From positions 25,062-89,061 of the IMG/VR virus record IMGVR_UViG_651324073_000003: DNA of 64,000 nucleotides. The stretch is one strand, 5' to 3'. This stretch comes from a virus (Duplodnaviria; Caudoviricetes). Position numbers and translations under genes: made by a program. Numbering within the stretch: position 1 is the first letter of the stretch; each line of letters starts with the position of its first letter. Under the pieces are notes generated by a model. The model had not been told where the DNA came from and made no database searches. It saw only the letters and a program-made list of their open reading frames with translations. Below are positions 8,762 through 18,733 of this stretch, piece after piece.

Positions 8762-9028
8762 CTACACCTGCTCTCCATCCGCCCTGGCCAGCGCCCGCCT
8801 GACCAGCTCCCGCCGCGGATCACCCTCTTCGAACGTCTCGCCCAGCTGCGCCAGCGTCGCGTACATCGTCGGTGCTGACGCGAACAGCACACCGACGTCC
8901 TCGCGCACCTGCGAACAGATCACGCGCCCCTCAGCATCGAACACCACGTGCCGTGCGTCGCCCACGCCCACCTTCGAGAACCTGAACGGCGCCGCCATCG
9001 ACCACCGGTTCTGCCACTTCCCCGCCAT
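8762..9028 (-). CDS. Small hypothetical protein, paralogue of 22392-22718
   Basis: MAGKWQNRWSMAAPF...FDAEGRVICSQVREDVGVLFASAPTMYATL aligns by eye with 22392-22718. Confidence 0.7.
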   Translation of the reverse strand: MAGKWQNRWSMAAPFRFSKVGVGDARHVVFDAEGRVICSQVREDVGVLFASAPTMYATLAQLGETFEEGDPRRELVRRALARADGEQV

Positions 9029-9105
9029 CTGCCCTTCCCCCTGAATTCGCGTCGGTGTTCGACAGCGTACGACCTTCGTCGTCATCCGAACGGATGAGCC
9101 TGAAA

Positions 9106-9151
9106 AACTATGCGCTTTCGCATTGACACGAACTATGCGCTTTCGTATAGT
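9106..9151 (+). promoter_or_regulatory. PL promoter with two OL operators
   Basis: TTGACA(9123)-17-TATAGT(9146); dyads CTATGCG-CTTT-CGCATTG (9108-9125) and CTATGCG-CTTT-CGTATAG (9133-9150). Confidence 0.85.
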
Positions 9152-9280
9152 TCAACCCATCGCAGCACCCGCTGCGCAGCACCAGCAAAAGCCCCGAGCG
9201 GGCCAGCGCCCTAAGCCGATCCGGCTCTGCCCTCTTCTGGCATCCGTAGGCGACCGGCCACCACTGGTGCCCCACTCACG

Positions 9281-9628
9281 ATGGAGGCAGTCATGGACAG
9301 CAGGGATCAAGCGGAGATGCAGATCGCGGCCGAAGTGCGGCAGCAGATCGAGTCGACCGGCCAGTACAACCAGCGGGACGGCAGCCTGGAGTACCACGGC
9401 GCCGACTGCGAGTACTTCACGCGGCACACGCTGGCGGTGATGGCGGCCGGCGGCTGCCCCAGCACGACGATGACCCTGTTGCGCGACCTGCGCGACGAAC
9501 TGATCGACCAGATCACCCGGGCGGAGATCAAGGCGCGCGCCGACGACCTGGCCGCGAAGATCGCCGAGGAGCGCGCCGCCGAGCTGGCGCGTCTGGCTGA
9601 ACTGGCGCGGTACGGGGTGGCGGCATGA
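9281..9628 (+). CDS. Hypothetical phage early protein
   Basis: First substantial ORF after PL; coupled to next gene. Confidence 0.65.
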   Translation: MEAVMDSRDQAEMQIAAEVRQQIESTGQYNQRDGSLEYHGADCEYFTRHTLAVMAAGGCPSTTMTLLRDLRDELIDQITRAEIKARADDLAAKIAEERAAELARLAELARYGVAA

Positions 9629-9966
9629 GCGCCCACACGCCGGGGCCGTGGGTCGCAAAAAGAATGCGGAATGACCACGGGAACTTCGACATTGACTCCG
9701 ATAGCGGGTTCTTCGTGGCGGAGACGATAGGCGGGTTGGATGACGGCAAAGAAGAAGCCAACGCCCGCCTGATCGCCGCCGCGCCGGATCAGAACGCGGC
9801 ACTGCTGCATGCCGACGGCTGTTTTCAAGCGGCCCTGTTCGAAGGCTGGATCGACGCGCTTGCAGACGGCGATATCGACCGCATCCGCGACATCTGGAGC
9901 CGGCGCCTCTCGTGCGCGTTTGAACTGATCCCCGCAGCCATCGAGAAGGCCGGAGGTGCGGCATGA
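9625..9966 (+). CDS. Hypothetical phage protein (HTPGPW...ANARLIAAAP family)
   Basis: MSAHTPGPW...EANARLIAAAPD motif common in phage early genes. Confidence 0.75.
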   Translation: MSAHTPGPWVAKRMRNDHGNFDIDSDSGFFVAETIGGLDDGKEEANARLIAAAPDQNAALLHADGCFQAALFEGWIDALADGDIDRIRDIWSRRLSCAFELIPAAIEKAGGAA

Positions 9967-10355
9967 ACGCCCCGCGCTACGACTTCACGGTGCGTGACGA
10001 CGTGGATTGCCTCGTCGTCGCCGTGTGCAACGAGAACCCTGCGCTGAAAGCCATCGGTGAGGACCAGGGCTTCGACGCCGTGATGCAGACGCTGCTGGTG
10101 GCCGGCTGCATGTACGTCCGCGGCATGCACGGCATCGACCCGGACCCGGACGCAACCGTGGCACAGGTCGCCGAGGCCGCGCGCGTGCTGGGCTTCGCGC
10201 TGGTGACCCGCAAGAACGGCGAGATCGTTGTCGCGGCGCCGGGCACCGGCCGGCTGTTCGGCATCGTCAGCCGCGACGGCTGCTACGACACCACCGAGCG
10301 CAGCGCTGCGGTTGCCGACTGCGCGTCGGACGCGCTGGCGCGGGGTGCGGCATGA
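9963..10355 (+). CDS. Hypothetical phage protein
   Basis: ATGA-coupled ORF in PL operon. Confidence 0.65.
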   Translation: MNAPRYDFTVRDDVDCLVVAVCNENPALKAIGEDQGFDAVMQTLLVAGCMYVRGMHGIDPDPDATVAQVAEAARVLGFALVTRKNGEIVVAAPGTGRLFGIVSRDGCYDTTERSAAVADCASDALARGAA

Positions 10356-10564
10356 GTGCGGCGGCGATCATCGGGAATGTCGTCATCTACGACGACATCT
10401 TCCAGGGCCACGTGCATCAAGAGCACGAGGGCGTCTTGATTGACGCGCGCATCGGCTTCATCGATGCGGTGGAGTTCATACCGGCGGGGGGCTGCATGTG
10501 CATGGCCTCCTACTCATGGAGCTTCGCCGCCCAGTCTCTCTTGCGAAGGGAGCGACTGTCATGA
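10352..10564 (+). CDS. Hypothetical protein
   Basis: ATGA-coupled ORF. Confidence 0.5.
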   Translation: MSAAAIIGNVVIYDDIFQGHVHQEHEGVLIDARIGFIDAVEFIPAGGCMCMASYSWSFAAQSLLRRERLS

Positions 10565-10665
10565 TCGCCGCGCTCTACATCGCCGCCTACGTGGCCGTGT
10601 GCTGGGCCGTGGCGCGCGCCGTGGGCCGCTGCATCGACGAGATGGGGGCCGGCGACGATGAATAA
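10561..10665 (+). CDS. Small membrane peptide (34 aa)
   Basis: MIAALYIAAYVAVCWAVARAVGRCIDEMGAGDDE; coupled. Confidence 0.45.
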   Translation: MIAALYIAAYVAVCWAVARAVGRCIDEMGAGDDE

Positions 10666-10909
10666 GCCCTCTCCCCTCGCCCTGCGCGCGCGAATCCTTG
10701 GTCTGCGCTGGCGCCGTGCCCATGCCGCGATCCGCGTGCTGGCCGCCGACAGCATCGCCGCGCAGACGGATTTCCTCGGCGCCGACGGCCTGGCCCGCAT
10801 GCGCGCCACCGATTTCCAGATCGAGACCTCGCACGTCCTGCGCGAGATCGAGCACCAGCTGCGGCGCACCCGCCGCACCCTCAACCACCTGAAGGAGTAC
10901 CGGGCATGA
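10658..10909 (+). CDS. Hypothetical protein
   Basis: Coupled to YqaJ gene by ATGA. Confidence 0.6.
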   Translation: MNKPSPLALRARILGLRWRRAHAAIRVLAADSIAAQTDFLGADGLARMRATDFQIETSHVLREIEHQLRRTRRTLNHLKEYRA

Positions 10910-11856
10910 ATGCGCCTGAAAGGATTGCGGTCCCGGACCGCTCGAAGTTCATCGGCGGCAGTGACGCCGCCGCCATCCTCGGCGTCTCGCCGTGGGTCAC
11001 GCCGTTCATGCTCTTCCAGAAGAAGACCGGCGCCTACGTCGAAGAGATCACGCCGGCCAAGCAGCGGATTCTGGATCGCGGCCACCGGTGGGAACCCATC
11101 GTGCTGGAAATGCTGGTCGACGAGCTGCGCGACCGCGGCCACGACGTGGAAGTGCTCGCCACCGGCCAGCGCTACCAGGACGCCGAGCTGCCGTTCCTCG
11201 CCTGCGAGCTCGACGCCGAGCTGCTGATCGACGGCGAAGAAACGAACGCCGAGATGAAGACGGCCAGCTACTTCGCGTCCGGCGCCTGGGGCGATCGCGA
11301 CAGCAACGAAGTGCCGATCTACTACGCCGCGCAGGTAATGCACGGGCTGATGGTCAAGCCGCGCCGGCGCGCCGTTGTGGCTGCCGTCACCGGCTTCGAT
11401 GAAAGCCCGATGGTGCGCTGGATCGACCGCGACGAGGAGACGATCGCCGCCATTCGTGCCCGAGAGGTCGAGTTCTGGCAACGCATCCAGGACGGCATGC
11501 CGCCCGATCCGGTCACGCCCGAGGACGTGAAGTGGCTGTACCCGAAGGACAGCGGCGTCTCCATCGAAGCCGATGAGGAGCTGATCAACGCCTGCGCGCA
11601 ACTGAAGGTGCTCAAGCGCGACGCCAAGATCATCGACGGCGACATCGAGATCCTCGCCACCAAGATCAAGGCGCGCATGGGTTCGGCCGCGGTGCTGCTG
11701 GGCGCCGATGGCAAGCCCTTGGCGACCTGGAAGACCAACAAGGACGGCACGACCACCGACTGGCAGGCCGCCTATCTCGATCTCAACCCCGAACCCACCC
11801 ACATCACGGGCTTCCAGTCCGTGAAGACCGGCGCCCGCCCCTTCCTCGTGAAATGA
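10906..11856 (+). CDS. YqaJ-like viral recombinase exonuclease
   Basis: RSKFIGGSDAAAILGVSPW, ACELDA, EMKT, YAAQVMHGL. Confidence 0.92.
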   Translation: MNAPERIAVPDRSKFIGGSDAAAILGVSPWVTPFMLFQKKTGAYVEEITPAKQRILDRGHRWEPIVLEMLVDELRDRGHDVEVLATGQRYQDAELPFLACELDAELLIDGEETNAEMKTASYFASGAWGDRDSNEVPIYYAAQVMHGLMVKPRRRAVVAAVTGFDESPMVRWIDRDEETIAAIRAREVEFWQRIQDGMPPDPVTPEDVKWLYPKDSGVSIEADEELINACAQLKVLKRDAKIIDGDIEILATKIKARMGSAAVLLGADGKPLATWKTNKDGTTTDWQAAYLDLNPEPTHITGFQSVKTGARPFLVK

Positions 11857-12953
11857 CAGGAGAGAACATGTCCACCGCAACCCAACAACTCCGCGCGGTC
11901 GCAACCGCGATGACCGGTCCGGAACTGGCTGCTGCCGCAAAGCAGACCGCGCAGCAGGCCGGCTCCGCCACGGTGAAGAAATTCTTCGAGGCGAACCGCG
12001 GCACGCTGGAAGCGCTGCTGCCGCGCCATTTCGACAGCGAGCGCATGCTGAAGCTCGCGCTGGGCGCGCTGCGCACCACGCCGAAGCTCGCCAATGCCAG
12101 CCTGTCGTCACTGCTCGGCTCGGTCGTGACCTGCGCCCAGCTCGGTCTGGAGCCGAACACGCCGCTTGGCCACGCCTACCTGCTGCCGTTCGACAAGCGC
12201 GAAAAGCAGAACGGCCAGTGGGTGACCGTCGAGACGCAGGTGCAGGTGATCATCGGCTACAAGGGCATGCTGGACCTCGCCCGTCGCAGCGGCCAGATCG
12301 TCAGCATCGCCGCCCATGAGGTGTGCCAGAACGATGAATTCGTCTTCGCCTATGGCCTGAACGAGGAGCTGGTCCATCGGCCGGCCATGAAGGACCGCGG
12401 CCCGGTCATCGGCTTCTACGCTGTGGCCAAGCTCACCGGCGGTGGCTACTCGTTCGAGTTCATGAGCGTGGATGAGGTCAATCACATCCGCGACAAGGCG
12501 GCCGAGAAGAACCGCGCCAAGCGGGACGCGGCCGGCAACCCGATCATCACCGGCCCGTGGGCGGACAACTACGTCGAGATGGGCCGCAAGACTGTCCTGC
12601 GCCGCCTGTTCAAGTACCTGCCCATCAGCATCGAGTCGCTGGCCTTCGCGTCGGCCGTTGATGGCCAGGCGATCCGCGAGCCTGCGCCGCTGGAGCAGGT
12701 GGCCTTCGAGTCCTCGGAGCCGGCAGAGGAGCCCACCAGCTACGACCAGCAGGATGAGGATCTCCGCGCGCTTGAACAGTCGCAGCCCGCCCGCGTTCCG
12801 CCGGTGCAGGTCGAACAGCCGGCCGAGGCGTGGCAGCCGTCCGCCGAGGAAGCGGCCGAACTGGAGCGCCAGCAAGCGGCCGAGGCCGCCGCCGATCAGC
12901 AGCGTGCCAGCGCCCCGCGCGGCCGTGGCCAGCGTTCGATGAGCCTGGAGTAA
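11853..12953 (+). CDS. recT: RecT single-strand annealing protein
   Basis: AQLGLEPNTPLGHAYLLPF, IIGYKGMLDLARRSG, EMGRKTVLRRLFKYLP. Confidence 0.95.
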   Translation: MTGENMSTATQQLRAVATAMTGPELAAAAKQTAQQAGSATVKKFFEANRGTLEALLPRHFDSERMLKLALGALRTTPKLANASLSSLLGSVVTCAQLGLEPNTPLGHAYLLPFDKREKQNGQWVTVETQVQVIIGYKGMLDLARRSGQIVSIAAHEVCQNDEFVFAYGLNEELVHRPAMKDRGPVIGFYAVAKLTGGGYSFEFMSVDEVNHIRDKAAEKNRAKRDAAGNPIITGPWADNYVEMGRKTVLRRLFKYLPISIESLAFASAVDGQAIREPAPLEQVAFESSEPAEEPTSYDQQDEDLRALEQSQPARVPPVQVEQPAEAWQPSAEEAAELERQQAAEAAADQQRASAPRGRGQRSMSLE

Positions 12954-12959
12954 GCCGCC

Positions 12960-13901
12960 ATGATCCGGACCGCAATCGCCTACCACCTCCCGTCCGGCTG
13001 GCCGTGGGATGCCGCCGGCACCGCCGAGCTGCTGTCGCGCCGCGTCTTCCAGCCGTGCTCGCCGTCGCAGACGGAATCCAGCGGCTTCGTGCCGCCCCGC
13101 GACCAGGCCGAGCTGTGCCACGAAGTGCATGGCCGCTACCTCGTCTGCTTCCAGGTCGAAGAGAAGCTGCTGCCGTCGGCCGTCATCCAGGAACACGTCG
13201 ACATCCGTGTCGCCGACATCGAGGCGGAGCAAGGCTACAAGCCCGGCCGCCGCGAGGTGCGCGAGATCAAGGACGCCGTCACCCGCGAACTGTTGGAGAT
13301 GGCCTTCACGCGCAAGCGCCAGACCTTCGCGTGGATCTGCCGTCAGCGCGGCCTGCTGATTGTGGCCGCCAACAGTGCGAACAAGGCCGACGAGATGCTG
13401 AGCGCGATGCGCGAGGCGCTGGAGAACATGCCGGTGTCGCTGGTGAAGACGGCGCTCACGCCGGCGAGCGCCATGACCTCGTGGCTGGCCGCCGACGAGG
13501 CGCCGGAGCACTTCACGATCGACCGCGACTGCAAGCTGGTGTCGTCAGCCGAGAGCAAGGCCGCGGTCAGCTACACCCGGCACGCGCTCGATGCCGAGGA
13601 GATCCGTCACCACATCTACCAGGGCAAGCGCGCCGAGCACCTGGGCCTGACCTTCCGCGACCGCATGAGCTTCATCCTCGGCAGCGAACTCGAGCTGAAG
13701 CGGATCGTGATGCTGGACGTGCTCACCGAGTCGCAAGAGCCGACCGACAACGAGATCGAGCACTTCGACGCGCAGTTCCTGCTGGAAGCCAGCGAGATCG
13801 AGCAGGCCTATCTGGCGCTGATCAACGCGCACGGCGGCATCGAGGCGCCGCAACGGGATGACCTCGTTGATCGCGCTGAACAGGAAAGGAAGGCAGCATG
13901 A
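12960..13901 (+). CDS. rdgC: Recombination-associated protein RdgC (phage copy)
   Basis: F.PCSPSQ.ES.GFVPP, EEKLLPSAVI, GYKPGRREVREIKD, LGLTFRDRMSFIL. Confidence 0.92.
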   Translation: MIRTAIAYHLPSGWPWDAAGTAELLSRRVFQPCSPSQTESSGFVPPRDQAELCHEVHGRYLVCFQVEEKLLPSAVIQEHVDIRVADIEAEQGYKPGRREVREIKDAVTRELLEMAFTRKRQTFAWICRQRGLLIVAANSANKADEMLSAMREALENMPVSLVKTALTPASAMTSWLAADEAPEHFTIDRDCKLVSSAESKAAVSYTRHALDAEEIRHHIYQGKRAEHLGLTFRDRMSFILGSELELKRIVMLDVLTESQEPTDNEIEHFDAQFLLEASEIEQAYLALINAHGGIEAPQRDDLVDRAEQERKAA

Positions 13902-15730
13902 AAATCACCCGCATCTCCGCCCAGAACTACCTGGGCATCCGCGCGGCCGATATCGCACTCGATCGCCCGGTCCAGCTCTTCGCAGGCCGCAACGGCGCCG
14001 GCAAGTCCAGCCTGATGGAAGGCATCCGCCACGCGCTCACCGGTGAAACGGTCCGCGTCAGCCTGAAGAAGGACTACGGCTCGCTGCTCACCGAGGGCGC
14101 CGAATCCGGCTTCGTGGAAGTCCTGTCCGATGGCGGCGCCTACGCCGTGGCTCTGCCGAGCGGCAAGGGCGCGGCGAGCGGCGAAACTGCGCTGCCGTAC
14201 CTGCTGGACGCCCAGCGCTTCGCGAGCCTGTCGCCCGATGAGCGGCGCGCCTTCCTGTTCGGGCTCATGGGCCTGTCCTCGTCCGGCGACGCGGTGAAGA
14301 AGCGCCTGGCCGACAAGGGCTTCGACGGCGCCCGCGTCGCGCTGGTGATGCCGCTGCTGCGCGCCGGCTTCGAAGCGGCATGCAAGGAAGCCCAGAACCG
14401 CGCCCGCGATGCGAAGGCAGCGTGGAAGACCGTCACCGGCGGCGAGACCTGGGGCAAGGACAAGGCGGCCGGCTGGCGGCCCGCTGCGCTGCCGGAGGGT
14501 GCTGCGAAGGCGCCGGGGCTGCTGGAGAACGCCCGCGCCAAGCTGGCGGAGGCCGACGGTGCACTGGCCACGGCCCAGCAGGCGCTGGGCGCTGCGCGGT
14601 CCGCAGCACAGGCCCGCGAGGAGCAGGAGCAGCAGCGCGTGCAGCTCGAGGAGCGCGCCGGCCGCCTGGAGCGCATCCGCGCGAAGCTCGCCAAGGACGA
14701 AGCGGAGCTGGCCGACTGGGAGCAGAAGGTCGCCGATGCGAAGGCCGCAGCCGGCGGCGCGAAGAAGGTGCGCGCCGTGCTCGAGGATGCCGTGCTGCGC
14801 GGCCTGGCCGAAGTTGCCGCCGAGTTTCTGACCATCGCCGAGACCAGCACCGGCATCGTCGTGAGCGAATCCGGCGAGATCCTCGAATGGGATCAGGGGC
14901 TGATGAACCGTGCCCGTGCGCACGTCACCGAGTACCGCGCGCAGAGCGGCGCCGCGCCAGCGGAGGACGCGCAGTCGGCGTCGAAGCTGGCCGAGTACGA
15001 GAAGGCCCGCGACCTGCTGAAGAGCGCGGTGGCCAACGGTCGCCGCGATCTGGCCGCAGCCGAAGCCGCCGAAGCGCAGCTGGTGGAGCTGGACAAGGCC
15101 GCTGCCGGCGGCGATGCGCAGAACTTCGACGAGCTGCGCGAGGACGTGCAGCAGAAGATCGAGGCGCGCGACGCGTGGCGGGCCGACGTCGCCAAGTACC
15201 AGGCGCTGACCGAGCAGGCCGCGCGGCAGGAGAAGGTCGTCACCGAAGCAGCCCTGCACCACACCGACGTGCTCGCATGGCTGGAGATCGCCGACGCGCT
15301 GTCGCCGGACGGCATCCCGGGCGAGATGCTGGCCGAGGCGCTGGACCCGATCAACCAGCGCCTACTGCGGAGCAGCGAAGCCAGCAACTGGGAGCGGGTC
15401 GTCATCCACACGGACATGCGCGTGACCTGCGGCCTGCGCCCCTACGCGCTGCTCAGCGAGTCCGAGAAGTGGCGCGCCGACGCAATGATCGCCGAGGCCG
15501 TGAGCTACCTCTCCGGGCTGCGCCTGCTGGTGCTCGACCGGTTCGACGTGCTGGACCTGACCGGCCGCGCGGACGCGCTGGAATGGCTGGACGCACTGAC
15601 CGAGGCCGACGAGATCGACACAGCACTGGTGTTCGGGACGCTCAAGGCGCTGCCCGGTGGTCTGCCGGACAGCATGCAGGCGCACTGGATCGATGGCGGT
15701 GTCGTGGGCCAGATGCGGGAGGCGGCGTGA
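13898..15730 (+). CDS. Rad50/SbcC-like AAA ATPase with coiled coil
   Basis: Walker A GRNGAGKS, long coiled coil, LSESEK signature-like motif, Walker B LLVLDRFD. Confidence 0.85.
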   Translation: MKITRISAQNYLGIRAADIALDRPVQLFAGRNGAGKSSLMEGIRHALTGETVRVSLKKDYGSLLTEGAESGFVEVLSDGGAYAVALPSGKGAASGETALPYLLDAQRFASLSPDERRAFLFGLMGLSSSGDAVKKRLADKGFDGARVALVMPLLRAGFEAACKEAQNRARDAKAAWKTVTGGETWGKDKAAGWRPAALPEGAAKAPGLLENARAKLAEADGALATAQQALGAARSAAQAREEQEQQRVQLEERAGRLERIRAKLAKDEAELADWEQKVADAKAAAGGAKKVRAVLEDAVLRGLAEVAAEFLTIAETSTGIVVSESGEILEWDQGLMNRARAHVTEYRAQSGAAPAEDAQSASKLAEYEKARDLLKSAVANGRRDLAAAEAAEAQLVELDKAAAGGDAQNFDELREDVQQKIEARDAWRADVAKYQALTEQAARQEKVVTEAALHHTDVLAWLEIADALSPDGIPGEMLAEALDPINQRLLRSSEASNWERVVIHTDMRVTCGLRPYALLSESEKWRADAMIAEAVSYLSGLRLLVLDRFDVLDLTGRADALEWLDALTEADEIDTALVFGTLKALPGGLPDSMQAHWIDGGVVGQMREAA

Positions 15731-16926
15731 TGGACGACATCGTGGATCGCCTCCGTGACCATCAGAACGGTGGCCGTCGCGCGGAGTGCGAAGAAGCTGC
15801 CAACCAGATCGAAGCTCTGCGCGACATGCTGGACAGCGCGCGGGCGGATATGGACGTGATGCGGAACGCCCTTGGCGTGCCTGTTGAGCCGCACCAGTCG
15901 CTCCTGGAGAGGATGGTCAAGGCGGCGCAGGCGAAGCGCGGAGTGGTGCCGGAGTGCGACGACGGCAAGCGCGTACTGCGGGAAGTCTTCGCACTGTGTG
16001 AAGACACAGAGGCCAAGTGCTCCGACGAACCTGGCGATTTCGCTCGTGGGAGGCGGTTTGAAGCCAAGGGCATCGCCCGCGCAATTGGGGCTTGGTATCA
16101 AGAAGAATTTTGCGGCCGCTCGCACATGGGGGAGCCCGCCGCCCCTGCGCCCGACCATTTTCGTGACGCCGCGAAAATGGCCCCGGTGCATTGCACGCCG
16201 ACAGAGCACGACGGCCGGATCGTCTATGAGCACACATCAGAGCCGATCCCCAATGCAGATGGATTCGTGCTCTACGCCGCGCCAGCGCCCGATCGATTTC
16301 GAGCTGCCGCGAAGATGATGGCCGTCCAACCTGCGTGCATGACTTGCAGTGGTCACGGAATGGTCGGCGGCTTGCTGCCCAACGGCGGGGGCTATCAGGC
16401 CGACCCGTGCCCCGATTGCGCCGCGCCAGTAACGGCAGGGGTGCCGATGCCGAAGCCCGTAGCGTATGGCTTCGGCAACACAGCGATAACCGGCCACACC
16501 AATCGGTTGATGATGGTGCGCCTCGACGTTCCCCTTGATGACCAGTACGCAGGAGCTTTCTGGCTGCCGCTCGTGCTGGCTGACGAGGCGCGGCAATACG
16601 GCGCCGCCTGCCGTGCTGCTGGCGAGGCTGCGGGATACGCTCGGGGGCTGGCGGAGGCCGGGCGGGATACGGCCCCAGTGGTTCAAAACGGGGAGGTGTT
16701 GGTAACTGTCACGGGCCTTACAGGGAGCGGGAAAAGCGCAATCGCTGGCGAAATTGAGATCATGTGCCGGGCACTCGGTCTTGATGCTGAGTGGGTTGAC
16801 GGCGCCGCAGAGAAGCACTTGACGCATGCCGGCTGGACAGAGGCGCTAGAAATGTACCGGCCGCGCGTCAGAATCGTTGAGGCGAATATCCCTCGAACAG
16901 ACGCCGCCCTGCGCGGGGAGGTGTAG
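15730..16926 (+). CDS. Mosaic hypothetical protein (repeated module, CxxCxGxG zinc finger, C-terminal P-loop)
   Basis: ATG 15730 in frame of the long ORF; [26 protein letters not shown] repeat; [12 protein letters not shown]; GLTGSGKS. Confidence 0.7.
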   Translation: MDDIVDRLRDHQNGGRRAECEEAANQIEALRDMLDSARADMDVMRNALGVPVEPHQSLLERMVKAAQAKRGVVPECDDGKRVLREVFALCEDTEAKCSDEPGDFARGRRFEAKGIARAIGAWYQEEFCGRSHMGEPAAPAPDHFRDAAKMAPVHCTPTEHDGRIVYEHTSEPIPNADGFVLYAAPAPDRFRAAAKMMAVQPACMTCSGHGMVGGLLPNGGGYQADPCPDCAAPVTAGVPMPKPVAYGFGNTAITGHTNRLMMVRLDVPLDDQYAGAFWLPLVLADEARQYGAACRAAGEAAGYARGLAEAGRDTAPVVQNGEVLVTVTGLTGSGKSAIAGEIEIMCRALGLDAEWVDGAAEKHLTHAGWTEALEMYRPRVRIVEANIPRTDAALRGEV

Positions 16927-16928
16927 CC

Positions 16929-17507
16929 GTGAGCATGGACATCGTGAGCCGTCTGCGCTGCGTGCTGAAAGGCGACAAGACGGCGCAGGCCGGGGCGGAT
17001 GAAATCGAACGCCTGCGCGCCGAGATCGAACGCCTGAACTCCTGCCTGCGCTACGAACAGCACCGCGCAGGGCGCATCGGAACGTGTGGCCCGGGGTGCG
17101 AGACGTGGGGGCCGGCGCACTATGAGTGTGCGGTGCGGGAACTCGCCGCCAGCCGTGAGCGCGAGGCGCGGATGCGGTGGCAGCCGATTGAAACGGCGCC
17201 GAAGGATGGCAGTCTGTTCTTGTGCTGGGTTTATGCCGTGCGCTACGGGGAGACGGACGATGGCCAGCGGTACCAGCAAGATGTATCACAAGTTGACTTT
17301 TGCTCTTGGCGCGAAGGGCCGTCAGACCTGCGTGACCACGGCTACTTTGACCCATGCTGCGGTCAAATTGCAGATCATCAGGACGTGACGCACTGGATGC
17401 CGTTGCCAGTTCCGCCCCGCGTCGCACTCGATGAAGGAGCGCAGCCGAAACAGCCGCTCGACCTGGTGGCGCAGACCCGCGAGGCGCGGAAGGGTGGTGC
17501 GGCATGA
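16929..17507 (+). CDS. DUF551-like phage protein
   Basis: [11 protein letters not shown] ... VTHWMPLP. Confidence 0.8.
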   Translation: MSMDIVSRLRCVLKGDKTAQAGADEIERLRAEIERLNSCLRYEQHRAGRIGTCGPGCETWGPAHYECAVRELAASREREARMRWQPIETAPKDGSLFLCWVYAVRYGETDDGQRYQQDVSQVDFCSWREGPSDLRDHGYFDPCCGQIADHQDVTHWMPLPVPPRVALDEGAQPKQPLDLVAQTREARKGGAA

Positions 17508-18733
17508 GGTACCTATCCGTTTGCTCGGGCATTGAAGCCGCGACAGCGGCGTGGCATCCACTCGGATGGCAGCCGGTCGCGTTTTCGGAGGTCGATGCTT
17601 TTCCGTCTGCCGTCCTCGCCCACCACTACCCTCACGTGCCCAATCTGGGCGACATGACCAAGTTCGAGGACTGGCCTGATGCAGATGTCGATGTTCTTGT
17701 CGGAGGAACGCCCTGCCAATCCTTCAGCGTCGCAGGACTCAGAAAGGGATTGGGCGACCCGCGTGGCAACCTCATGCTCACCTTTGGCGCAATTGCTCAC
17801 CGATATAGGCCCGAGTGGCTGGTATGGGAGAACGTCCCCGGCGTCTTGTCGAGCAACGGAGGACGGGACTTTGGAACCTTCCTCGGGATGCTGGGCGAAC
17901 TCGGGTATGGGTTCGCCTACCGAGTTTTGGACGCTCAGTACTTTGGAGTGGCCCAGCGACGCCGCCGTGTGTTCGTTGTCGGATGTGCTGGAAACTGGCG
18001 CCGTGCCGCAGCGGTTCTTTTTGAGCGCCACAGCCTGCAACGGAATCCTGCGCCGCGCCGAGAAGCGCGGGAAAGTGCTGCCGGGACCATTGCGGGCGGC
18101 GCTCGAAAGAGTGGCGGGTACAGCACCGACGATATCCCTGTGATCATTGCCCAGGCCATGAGTGCGAAATGGTCGAAGGGCACGGCAGGGCCGGCAGGGG
18201 ATGAGCACCACAACCTGATTCCTGTTCCCGAGGTGACGCACGCGCTGAGGGGCGAGGGATTCGACGCCAGCGAGGACGGAACTGGAAGAGGCACGCCTCT
18301 TGTTCCAGTGCCGTTCGATACCACGCAGATCACCAGCGCGAAGAACTACAGCCACCCGCAGTCCGGCGATCCGTGTCATCCCCTTGCCGCCGGGTCGCAT
18401 GCGCCGGCCATCTGTTTCAGTGCGAAGGACCACGGCGCCGACGCGCAGCAGGATCTGGCGCCGACACTGCGCGCTGGTGGCCACGCTGGAAGCCATGCAA
18501 ACGCAGGGGTGATGCCGGCGATTCAGCTGGGCATGCGCGTCCGCCGCCTCACCCCGCGCGAATGCGAACGCCTTCAGGGTTTCCCAGACGATTACACCGC
18601 GGTCCTCGTAAGAGGCCGGTCGGCAGCCGATGGCCCGCGCTACAAAGCACTGGGCAACAGCATGGCAGTTCCGGTTATGCGCTGGATTGGGCATCGAATC
18701 AGCACCGTGAATCAGATCCGGAGGGCCGCCTGA
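17504..18733 (+). CDS. C5 cytosine DNA methyltransferase
   Basis: [56 protein letters not shown]. Confidence 0.95.
   Translation: MRYLSVCSGIEAATAAWHPLGWQPVAFSEVDAFPSAVLAHHYPHVPNLGDMTKFEDWPDADVDVLVGGTPCQSFSVAGLRKGLGDPRGNLMLTFGAIAHRYRPEWLVWENVPGVLSSNGGRDFGTFLGMLGELGYGFAYRVLDAQYFGVAQRRRRVFVVGCAGNWRRAAAVLFERHSLQRNPAPRREARESAAGTIAGGARKSGGYSTDDIPVIIAQAMSAKWSKGTAGPAGDEHHNLIPVPEVTHALRGEGFDASEDGTGRGTPLVPVPFDTTQITSAKNYSHPQSGDPCHPLAAGSHAPAICFSAKDHGADAQQDLAPTLRAGGHAGSHANAGVMPAIQLGMRVRRLTPRECERLQGFPDDYTAVLVRGRSAADGPRYKALGNSMAVPVMRWIGHRISTVNQIRRAA
17679..18143 (+). CDS. Overlapping alternate-frame ORF, M.EcoHK31I beta-subunit-like
   Basis: +1 frame inside the MTase; SD GAGGA 8 nt upstream; WANSGM...CSLSDVLET...FFLS...[14 protein letters not shown]. 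Confidence 0.7.
   Translation: MQMSMFLSEERPANPSASQDSERDWATRVATSCSPLAQLLTDIGPSGWYGRTSPASCRATEDGTLEPSSGCWANSGMGSPTEFWTLSTLEWPSDAAVCSLSDVLETGAVPQRFFLSATACNGILRRAEKRGKVLPGPLRAALERVAGTAPTISL

Noticed and set aside
9030-9075. LexA box upstream of the lambdoid paralogue (8762-9028)
   Set aside because: Best match CTGT-CGAACACC-GACG lacks the ACAG half-site.
14380-15729. 848-aa ORF as a single giant protein
   Set aside because: The first 450 codons are an Arg-rich shadow frame of the ATPase; the real gene starts at ATG 15730.
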